Shown here in pieces: positions 19,665 through 27,841 of a DNA stretch of 64,000 nucleotides. How positions within the stretch are numbered: the first letter of the stretch is position 1; every line of letters starts with the position of its first letter. Source of the DNA: Candidatus Tenebribacter burtonii (lineage in GTDB: Bacteria; Cloacimonadota; Cloacimonadia; Cloacimonadales; TCS61); assembly GCA_030765625.1 (NCBI GenBank), contig JAVCCF010000142.1:12429-76428 (forward strand), given 5' to 3'. The notes below the pieces were generated by a model. The model saw only the letters and a list, made by a program, of their open reading frames with translations. It was not told the origin of the DNA and did not search any database. Both the position numbers and the translations under genes were made by a program.

Positions 19665-19860
19665 TATTATTATTTTATAAAATACAAAAAATAATTGCGA
19701 TGTTCTTTGTCTAATTTAATTTATAAATCATTAAATTAAATTTTTTTTAAACTGAATTTCATTTGACACATAAACTCAAAAAAAAGAATTGTTATTTTTA
19801 ATATTTAAGATTAATCTAATCTGTAAATCTTATAGTTAAAATAATATAGGGAGATATAAA

Positions 19861-22572
19861 ATGGATATAAAACGCGTTTATACTTTTGGAAATGGGAAAG
19901 CAGAAGGTAAAACTGAAATGAAGAACCTTCTTGGTGGTAAGGGAGCAAATCTTGCCGAGATGAACCTGATAGGTGTTCCGGTTCCTGCCGGATTCACGAT
20001 CACTACAGAAGTCTGTGCAGAATGGAACAAATTAGGGAAAGAGAAAACAATCGAACTTCTAAGGGTAGAAGTAGAAGCCGGCATTAAAAATACTGAAGAA
20101 ATTTTGGGTGCTAAATTTGGTGATAACACAAACCCGCTTCTACTTTCTGTTCGTTCAGGTGCACGTGTTTCTATGCCTGGAATGATGGACACAGTTCTAA
20201 ATCTTGGCATGAATGATAATGCAGTGGAAGGACTTGCAAAAAAATCTAATAATCCTCGTTTTGCCTGGGATTCATATCGCCGTTTTGTACAAATGTATGG
20301 TGATGTAGTATTAGATATGAAACCAAAAACTAAACTGGATATCGACCCTTTTGAAGAAATAATCGAAGAGATGAAAGAAAAAAAAGGTATAAAAAATGAT
20401 ACAGAACTTAATGCTGAAGACTTAAAAAAACTTGTTACAAGTTTTAAAATTGCTGTAAAAAAAGCAACCGGACACGATTTCCCAGATAACCCATGGGATC
20501 AACTTTGGGGTGCTATTGGTGCTGTTTTTGGTAGTTGGAATAACCCACGTGCAGATTATTACAGAATGATGAATAAAATCCCAAGTGATTGGGGGACTGC
20601 AGTAAATGTTCAAGCTATGGTTTATGGAAATATGGGTGATAATTCTGCTACTGGTGTTGCCTTTACTCGTGACGCTGGAACTGGTGAAAATATTTTTAAT
20701 GGGGAATATCTTATCAATGCTCAAGGTGAAGATGTTGTAGCCGGAATTAGAACACCTCAAGAAATTACTCTTGAAGGTAGTAGAAGGTGGGCAAAACTCG
20801 CAGATGTTTCGGAAGAAGATCGCGCAACAAACTTTCCTTCCTTCGAAGAAGCCATGCCTTCACTTTACAAAGAATTATCTAAAATTGAAACAAAACTTGA
20901 GAACCATTATAAAAATATGCAGGATATTGAATTTACAGTTCAGGATGGCAAAATGTGGCTGCTTCAAACTAGAAATGGTAAGAGAACCGGTGCTGCTATG
21001 GTTCGTATGGCAATTGAAATGTTAGAAGAAAAATTTATTGATAACAAAACCGCTTTAATGCGCGTTGAACCAAATAAATTGGATGAACTCCTTCATCCAG
21101 TATTTGATGGTAATGCTATAAAAAAGGCTGCCGTCTTAGCTAAAGGTCTTCCCGCTTCCCCTGGTGCTGCTACTGGTCAACTTGTGTTTTTCGCAGATGA
21201 AGCAAACAAATTTAAAAATACTATCCTTGCCCGCATCGAAACTTCCCCCGAAGACCTGGAAGGTATGAATATAGCAAATGGAATTCTCACTGCCCGTGGT
21301 GGAATGACCTCCCATGCTGCTGTTGTAGCTCGTGGTATGGGAAAATGTTGTGTTTCAGGAGCCGGTTCTATAAGAATTAATTACAAAGAACGTATAATGG
21401 CTATTGATGGAAAAACTTACAAAGAAGGTGATTGGGTTTCATTGAATGGATCGACCGGTGAAGTTTATGAAGGAAAGATCGCAACGATTGATCCTGAACT
21501 TTCTGGCGATTTTAGAAAACTGATGGATCTTGCTGACAAATTTACTCGCATGTATGTTCGCACAAATGCTGATACGCCAAACGATGCTAAAGTAGCTCGT
21601 GAATTTGGAGCTATGGGTATTGGTCTTTGTCGTACCGAACACATGTTTTTTGAAGGTGAAAAGATTAAAGCAATGCGTGAAATGATATTGGCAGATGATG
21701 AAGTCGGACGCCGTGATGCTTTGGCAAAACTGCTTCCATTCCAAAGAGCTGACTTTGAAGGCATTTTTAAAGAGATGTCTGGATTTGGTGTAACTGTACG
21801 TCTTTTGGATCCTCCACTACACGAGTTCGTACCTCATCAAACTGCTAACCAGCAGGAAATGGCTAACGAAATGGAAATCTCTCTGGAAGACGTTAAAGCA
21901 AAGGTTGATTCTCTTCATGAATTCAATCCAATGCTTGGTCATCGTGGATGCCGTTTAGGAAATACGTATCCGGAAATTACCGAGATGCAGTCTCGTGCGA
22001 TCATTGAAGCTGCTATTAACGTAAAAGAAGCTGGATTTGATCCTAAACCTGAAATTATGGTTCCTCTAATTGGAACTGTAAAAGAATATAGAATGCAAGC
22101 TGCTATTATTAATGAAACAGCTAAAAAGGTATTTGAAGAGACAGGTAAAACTATTGAATATTTAGTTGGAACAATGATAGAAATTCCACGTGCTGCTCTA
22201 ATGGCAGATTTCATTGCTAAAGAAGCTGAGTTCTTCAGCTTTGGAACAAACGACCTTACACAAATGACTTTTGGTTACAGTCGTGATGATGCCGGTAAAT
22301 TCCTTCCTATTTACTTAGAAAAAGGGATACTAAAAGATGATCCCTTCCAGGTTCTCGATCAAGAAGGTGTTGGACAACTTGTACAAATGGCATCAGAGAA
22401 AGGTCGAGCTGTAAATGCTAAATTAAAAGTTGGGATTTGTGGTGAACATGGTGGTGAGCCTAAGTCGGTTAAATTCTGCAATAAGGTAGGGATGGATTAT
22501 GTTAGTTGTTCTCCTTACCGAGTACCGATAGCAAGATTAGCTGCTGCTCAAGCTGAAATCGAGCAGAGTTAA
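19861..22572 (+). CDS. ppdK: Pyruvate, phosphate dikinase
   Basis: 903 aa. LLGGKGANLAEM, the phospho-His motif GGMTSHAAVVARGMGK, GLCRTEHMFF, and the C-terminal FFSFGTNDLTQ...GICGEHGG...YVSCSPYRVP. Confidence 0.97.
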   Translation: MDIKRVYTFGNGKAEGKTEMKNLLGGKGANLAEMNLIGVPVPAGFTITTEVCAEWNKLGKEKTIELLRVEVEAGIKNTEEILGAKFGDNTNPLLLSVRSGARVSMPGMMDTVLNLGMNDNAVEGLAKKSNNPRFAWDSYRRFVQMYGDVVLDMKPKTKLDIDPFEEIIEEMKEKKGIKNDTELNAEDLKKLVTSFKIAVKKATGHDFPDNPWDQLWGAIGAVFGSWNNPRADYYRMMNKIPSDWGTAVNVQAMVYGNMGDNSATGVAFTRDAGTGENIFNGEYLINAQGEDVVAGIRTPQEITLEGSRRWAKLADVSEEDRATNFPSFEEAMPSLYKELSKIETKLENHYKNMQDIEFTVQDGKMWLLQTRNGKRTGAAMVRMAIEMLEEKFIDNKTALMRVEPNKLDELLHPVFDGNAIKKAAVLAKGLPASPGAATGQLVFFADEANKFKNTILARIETSPEDLEGMNIANGILTARGGMTSHAAVVARGMGKCCVSGAGSIRINYKERIMAIDGKTYKEGDWVSLNGSTGEVYEGKIATIDPELSGDFRKLMDLADKFTRMYVRTNADTPNDAKVAREFGAMGIGLCRTEHMFFEGEKIKAMREMILADDEVGRRDALAKLLPFQRADFEGIFKEMSGFGVTVRLLDPPLHEFVPHQTANQQEMANEMEISLEDVKAKVDSLHEFNPMLGHRGCRLGNTYPEITEMQSRAIIEAAINVKEAGFDPKPEIMVPLIGTVKEYRMQAAIINETAKKVFEETGKTIEYLVGTMIEIPRAALMADFIAKEAEFFSFGTNDLTQMTFGYSRDDAGKFLPIYLEKGILKDDPFQVLDQEGVGQLVQMASEKGRAVNAKLKVGICGEHGGEPKSVKFCNKVGMDYVSCSPYRVPIARLAAAQAEIEQS

Positions 22573-22580
22573 TAAATTTA

Positions 22581-22616
22581 AAAAAAGCCTTCCAGTTATT
22601 TATGGAAGGCTTTTTA
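22581..22616. terminator. Bidirectional rho-independent terminator between convergent ppdK and the histidine kinase gene
   Basis: Stem GCCTTCC (22587-22593) pairs with GGAAGGC (22604-22610), with a 10-nt loop. An A6 run precedes it and a T5 run follows. Confidence 0.7.
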
Positions 22617-22624
22617 TATTCAAA

Positions 22625-24121
22625 TTAATTTACTTTTTTCAAATACATTTTAAATATTGAACCTTTGGGTGTATTATCTTCAATGGAGATATCACCATCC
22701 CAGCTCTTCACAGCTTTTTGTACAATATATAATCCCAAACCGGAATGTCCTGTAGCACCATATTTGAAACCTTCATCAAATATCTTCATCTTAATATCAT
22801 CAGGAATACCCTTCCCGTAATCTATAACCTTAACCTCACAGGTTCTTGCTGAAGATATAATTCTTATATCAATACGATCTGTTCCACTATGCACGACTGC
22901 ATTCCTAATTAAATTATCAATAACGGAATTTAAAGAATCGTCAGCAAACACCTTACACTTTCCATCAATTGAATATTTAATAGTTTGATAATTATTCAGA
23001 ATGTTTTCAAACTGTTCACTAATATCGTAGATCTTTAAATTAGTTGAAGCTATAAGAAATTCATGCTCTCTCATTTTCATGATCAGTTCAGCACTTTTTT
23101 CGATATATTCTTTAGCAACTTTTAAATTATTATCATCGCCATCCCTTTTATAGTTATTAATAGTACTATTTATTGCGGCTAAGTTGTTTGATAGATCATG
23201 TCTTAGGATTTTATTAATAAGTTTTATTTGCTCTCTTTGATGCCTATTCTCTTCCTCAGTTTTCTTCCTTTTGGAAATATCTCTGATAATACTTAATCCA
23301 TTCCATTGACCATTTATTTTAATACCGGTTATAGATAGTTCTACGGGAAATTCAGATCCATCCTTATATTGAGCATACATTTCTATTGTTTTTCCAATCA
23401 CATTTCCTTTACCCGTATGTTTAAATTTCCCAAAACCTTTTTGAAATGCTTCCTTATATCCCTCCGGTGTAAGTACGCTATTTAAAGATTTTCCAATAAC
23501 TTCACCTGATTTTCTTCCAAATATTACTTCTGCTGCTCTATTCCAAAAATTTATTTTCCCCCTATTATCTATCATAACAATTGCATCATTTGCAGAATTA
23601 GTGATTGTTCGAAATTTCTCTTCACTTTCCTCTAATTTTCTTTTAATAGTCTTCGCGCTTGTAATATCTATCAATGATACAAAAACAATTGAATAATCTT
23701 TCTTATGTTTCTTTGTAACTGACCATTGAAGATAGACATCTAGTTCTTTACCATCAATTGTTTTATTAACACATTCACCTTCGTAATGTGTTGCACCATT
23801 TGCTATTAAAACAAGTTGTTCAACAAAAGTTCTCTTAGAATATTCAGTAAATAACGCTTTTAAGTCTGTTAGTAAATCTTCTTTTGACTTTGCGTGATAC
23901 ATTTCAACAGTTGCTTTGTTCACATTCAGTATTTTCACCATTCTGGAACATACATCAACCTTATCGGGATTATTAGCAAAATATTCTTTAAAATCTGTTA
24001 TTCCATCTTCGCGAAGAGAATTTAAATATTTACATGCATCAGAGAAGTCTTCTTCCCAAATAGATATTGGGGATTCTTCAAATAGACTTTTATACTTAAT
24101 TTCAGATTCGGTTAAATTCAT
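22625..24121 (-). CDS. PAS-domain sensor histidine kinase (cytoplasmic)
   Basis: Two PAS-like modules. H-box ILRHDLSNNL. HATPase region NLIRNAVVHS...DYGKGIP...GLGLYIV. Confidence 0.8.
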   Translation of the reverse strand: MNLTESEIKYKSLFEESPISIWEEDFSDACKYLNSLREDGITDFKEYFANNPDKVDVCSRMVKILNVNKATVEMYHAKSKEDLLTDLKALFTEYSKRTFVEQLVLIANGATHYEGECVNKTIDGKELDVYLQWSVTKKHKKDYSIVFVSLIDITSAKTIKRKLEESEEKFRTITNSANDAIVMIDNRGKINFWNRAAEVIFGRKSGEVIGKSLNSVLTPEGYKEAFQKGFGKFKHTGKGNVIGKTIEMYAQYKDGSEFPVELSITGIKINGQWNGLSIIRDISKRKKTEEENRHQREQIKLINKILRHDLSNNLAAINSTINNYKRDGDDNNLKVAKEYIEKSAELIMKMREHEFLIASTNLKIYDISEQFENILNNYQTIKYSIDGKCKVFADDSLNSVIDNLIRNAVVHSGTDRIDIRIISSARTCEVKVIDYGKGIPDDIKMKIFDEGFKYGATGHSGLGLYIVQKAVKSWDGDISIEDNTPKGSIFKMYLKKVN

Positions 24122-24272
24122 AATAAATACCCAAAAAAAATAATCTTGAAACGTTGGTTACTTTTATTTATTTTATGAATTTAATTTTGAAAATGTTAAT
24201 TATTTGTCAATTTTTTAATGTAATTCTTAATTTCTTTGCTTAAATCAGTTAATTTTCGCTTAAAGTTGTATA

Positions 24273-24659
24273 CTATTGTAATGCTAAATTTGTATTATAA
24301 CTTTGTCCCATAAAATTATTCAATGCTGTTTTTATCTTAGATTCTTCAACAGGTTTGGAAATGAAGATACCGGGTTTAATCTGAGTGGTTTCTTTTTGGG
24401 TTATTTTATCAATATTTGCAGAGCAAAACACAATTGGGATCTCATGTTTTACCCCGATCTTTCTAGCCGCATCAATTCCATCAATCTTACCATCCAGTTT
24501 GATATCCATGAAAATAATATCCGGTATAAATTTATCAGTATAAACAATTGCTTCCTCTCCTGAAGAAACTATTGCAATAACTTCATGACCAAAATCCTGT
24601 AATGTTAATCTCAAATCTTCTGCAATTATAAATTCATCTTCAACTATTAAAATTCTCAT
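24273..24659 (-). CDS. Single-domain response regulator (CheY-like receiver)
   Basis: MRILIVEDE...PDIIFMDIKLDG...ISKP receiver signature. 128 aa, no output domain. Confidence 0.85.
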   Translation of the reverse strand: MRILIVEDEFIIAEDLRLTLQDFGHEVIAIVSSGEEAIVYTDKFIPDIIFMDIKLDGKIDGIDAARKIGVKHEIPIVFCSANIDKITQKETTQIKPGIFISKPVEESKIKTALNNFMGQSYNTNLALQ

Positions 24660-24848
24660 CGTCCTATATCCTTCCTTAACACGGGAATCCCGCTCTGATA
24701 TAACTCAACCCCGAAGCAGTTACCTGCTTCGGGCACTAAATAAAGCTCTGAATAACTTAACTTACTTCTTAACTACTAATATTTCATCATCTATTAAAAT
24801 GATGAAATAATCTTTATTTTCGAATATTCTCTTCATGAACTGTTCCAC

Positions 24849-25094
24849 TTATTTTAATACAACAATTACTTCGCCTTCAATAATAACAATGATATACTTA
24901 TCACCTACAACCAGAATTTCATATACTATACCTTCCAGTTCTGCTAAATTCATCTGGGTAATTTCTTCGACATTCTCAATTAAATACTCTTCAATTGTCA
25001 TTTTATCCGGAATATCCAGATCATCCAGATTAAGTGCCGAAACAATAGAACTCAACATCAAAATCGCCATTAAACTAATAAGAATCTTTTTCAT
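24849..25094 (-). CDS. Small hypothetical secreted protein
   Basis: Signal-peptide-like MKKILISLMAILMLSSIVSA followed by an acidic about 60-aa region. No recognisable family. Confidence 0.3.
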   Translation of the reverse strand: MKKILISLMAILMLSSIVSALNLDDLDIPDKMTIEEYLIENVEEITQMNLAELEGIVYEILVVGDKYIIVIIEGEVIVVLK

Positions 25095-25413
25095 AATTAT
25101 CTCCATTTTTATTTATCTTACTTTCTATTATTATATGTCAATAATTTAATAATTGTGACGAAGCCACTCAAAAAAAATAAATTATTTTTTTTCTGAAGAT
25201 ATCAATATCTTTTCAAATTCATATATTTTAATAAGTTATGACATTATAGTAGATTTCTATTTTTTTTCAATTTTTCTTATTTTTTTAACCATATCTAATT
25301 TTATTAACTCTATAGTTAATTTTAATTTCAGTGTATTTTTTTTTATTTATTATCCTTGACGTTAATTTCCTTAACACACTCATATTGATTTATATTTTTT
25401 ATGGAGAGTAAAA

Positions 25414-26373
25414 TTGAAATATAATGATAGTGATTTGCATAAATTACAGCAAATATCATATAATTATTCTTTATATCGTACAGGAGATTTCGATCTGTCT
25501 GACGACATCTCAATGAAAACTATTGGTGTATTCTTATTAAAAGCCGATAAAATCGAAGAAGATAATGCAATCAAATGGATTGTAAACACCTCTAAGATTC
25601 ATATTAAATCACATTTTAGAATAACTAAGCATGAACACAATAATATCAAGAAATATCAGCAAAACATACTCGGGAAACTAGATAGCAAACATATCACAGA
25701 GACTGATGTTGAATTACGTGATACTTTCAAAGAAGTCTTGAAAACCCTAAATATTGATGAGATGAAAACTATACTTTTTTATTTTCAATGTGAAAAGAAA
25801 ATTAAAATTATGCATTCTTTACTCGATATTTCCTATGATGCATTAAGAAAGAAAATATCACGAATCCAGAATAAACTGAAAGCAGAAACTTTCAAAAAAC
25901 TTGGAGTCATTGCAACAAAGAAAATTATAACACCAAAAATTAGTGATCTCATTGTAAAATTCTTAAAAAGTTTCAAAACAAATTTAGAAGAAAATTCACT
26001 TGAAAAAATGTACTATTATTTTTCTGAAGTTGATCTGGATAATTACAATCCAACTTATGAAATATCGAAAATATTGGATTACGAAATTGAACTTGTTAAT
26101 ACAATTTATAAATTATGGGTTTTCTTTAAAAATAATTATAGTGAAACAGATTCCATTTATATTGAATTCTTTATTGATGATAAAAACCACTTAAAGATAT
26201 TAACACCTCCCCAAAAGAGTAAGAAAGTATTTAAGTTTAATGCAGATTCAGAAGAGGGAAAGAAGATCCTGCAAATGATTAATTCTGCAACTGTCGATAA
26301 AACCGGCGTTAGTAAATTCTCAACCGAAGAATTGGAAAAGATATTACAACAGATGGGAAAGAAAAAAAACTAA
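25414..26373 (+). CDS. Sigma-70/ECF-like protein with a C-terminal extension of about 150 aa
   Basis: TTG start, with GGAGAG 5-6 nt upstream. Weak region-2-like segment (DDISMKTIGVFLLK...IKWIVNTSKIHIKSHFR). Region-4-like HTH (DEMKTILFYF...LLDISYDALRKKISRIQNKLK). The C-terminal half is unassigned. Confidence 0.35.
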   Translation: MKYNDSDLHKLQQISYNYSLYRTGDFDLSDDISMKTIGVFLLKADKIEEDNAIKWIVNTSKIHIKSHFRITKHEHNNIKKYQQNILGKLDSKHITETDVELRDTFKEVLKTLNIDEMKTILFYFQCEKKIKIMHSLLDISYDALRKKISRIQNKLKAETFKKLGVIATKKIITPKISDLIVKFLKSFKTNLEENSLEKMYYYFSEVDLDNYNPTYEISKILDYEIELVNTIYKLWVFFKNNYSETDSIYIEFFIDDKNHLKILTPPQKSKKVFKFNADSEEGKKILQMINSATVDKTGVSKFSTEELEKILQQMGKKKN

Positions 26374-26400
26374 CGAATAAATAAAATCATTATTTTTCTG

Positions 26401-26443
26401 GGGATTTAACCTCACCCTAAATCCCTCTCCTAGCATGAGAGGG
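26401..26443. repeat. Two overlapping GC-cored hairpins (REP-like element) between convergent genes
   Basis: GGGATTTA (26401-26408) pairs with TAAATCCC (26418-26425). CCCTCTC (26423-26429) pairs with GAGAGGG (26437-26443). The two stems share the CCC at 26423-26425. Confidence 0.6.
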
Positions 26444-26532
26444 ACTTTAAAGATGAGCCAAATACCAGTTTAACCATTTGTTTCCAGTGATCGTCTTGCT
26501 TCGCAAAACCAATATTAAATGTTTGCGTTGCG

Positions 26533-27828
26533 TTATTTGAGCAACATACATTTCTTTGAAGCTACAGAATTTTCATTTACTATTATATTATAAAAATATA
26601 CTCCAGAACAAACAGGTTGATTGTTTTCATCAGTTCCATTCCAGATAGCACTGAATTTTGTTCCTTCTCGTCCTTCGATAAACTCAGGATGACACGAGCT
26701 CGGATGAAGATTCTTCACTTTCTGACCTTTGATATTATAAATATTTAGCTCAGTGTTCTCCGTAATCTTTGTGGTTAGATTAAATGATATCATTGTTGTT
26801 GGATTAAATGGATTTGGGAAATTGGTTAAATTATATTGAAGTATAGATATTTGTTCATCATGCACTGAAACTGCTTCTGGAACAATTTTAATATCTGTAG
26901 CATACAATCCAACAGTGTATTCATTTATTAGATTTTCATTAACATCAAGTACTTTAACTGTAAAATTCTGTCCCCATTCTCCACCAAGTACAAAAAGATT
27001 TTCATTATTAGAAGTTACCATTGTTCCACCTGGTGTGAATGGATTTAAGCTATCATAGATTATCTCAAAAGTATCTGCATCATATGCATAAAGTGATGAG
27101 CCAAAACCATCGGCTACATAAACAGTATTACTTGGCATTAGAGCAAAATTGCTTGTTACTCCACCAATATCCAGAGTGTTTGTAACAGTATTCGAAATAG
27201 GATCAATTATGCAGATTTTACCGAAGATCGTGTTCCAATCTCCCCCACAACTCACATGAATATTCCCATTAATTGCTTTTAAAAATTGCGGGTTAACTTC
27301 GATCGAAATCGTTGCCTCAACACTGAATGTCAGCAAATCAATAACACTAACTGAGCAATTGGAATATCCAGTTCCATAATCAGTATTTCCTACATACAAC
27401 TTTCCATTCAGAATAGCCATTCCAGCAGGATTTCCACCTACAAGAATGGAATTTTCTACAATATCAGTATTAAGATTTAGCTTATAAACCTTGTTGATCA
27501 AGCCACCAGTAACATAAGCATGATCTTCATTGATAATAATATCGTAAGGGTTTGAAGAATTTTCAATATAGATATCTGTTATTGTATTTCCTGTATTTAG
27601 ATCAATCTTTTGAACATTGTTATCCCCTGAATTCACAACATAGGCAAATTCATTGGTAAGCCCAACTCTGTTCGGTGTTGAGCCAAGAGTACAAAAAACT
27701 TCCTCTACTTCACCCGTTTCAAAATCAATTTTGGATAATGTCTCACTTCCTGAGTTTACCACAAATCCAACCGTTCCCCATAAATTAAGTGCAGTGATTA
27801 AAACTAAAATAACTAAGATTTTTCTCAT
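26533..27828 (-). CDS. YncE/YVTN-like beta-propeller protein with T9SS-type C-terminal sorting domain
   Basis: Signal peptide. Repeated N-S-G-(D/S)-N-x-V-x-x-I-D blades (VVNSGSETLSKIDF, VVNSGDNNVQKIDL). Tail NFPNPFNPTTMISF...IYNIKGQKV...WNGTDENNQPVCSGVYFY...KKCMLLK. Confidence 0.7.
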   Translation of the reverse strand: MRKILVILVLITALNLWGTVGFVVNSGSETLSKIDFETGEVEEVFCTLGSTPNRVGLTNEFAYVVNSGDNNVQKIDLNTGNTITDIYIENSSNPYDIIINEDHAYVTGGLINKVYKLNLNTDIVENSILVGGNPAGMAILNGKLYVGNTDYGTGYSNCSVSVIDLLTFSVEATISIEVNPQFLKAINGNIHVSCGGDWNTIFGKICIIDPISNTVTNTLDIGGVTSNFALMPSNTVYVADGFGSSLYAYDADTFEIIYDSLNPFTPGGTMVTSNNENLFVLGGEWGQNFTVKVLDVNENLINEYTVGLYATDIKIVPEAVSVHDEQISILQYNLTNFPNPFNPTTMISFNLTTKITENTELNIYNIKGQKVKNLHPSSCHPEFIEGREGTKFSAIWNGTDENNQPVCSGVYFYNIIVNENSVASKKCMLLK

Positions 27829-27841
27829 TTTCTATCCTTAT

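Noticed and set aside
24671-24735. Possible second cobalamin riboswitch or other riboswitch upstream of the response-regulator gene. The segment ACACGGGAATCCC resembles part of the aptamer at 35470-35490, and a GC hairpin CCCCGAAGCAG/CTGCTTCGGG follows.
   Set aside because: The only shared part is a short match of about 12 nt. There is no GCCACTG element and no B12 box on either strand. It is more likely a stem-loop, terminator or leader between the small secreted-protein gene and the regulator gene.
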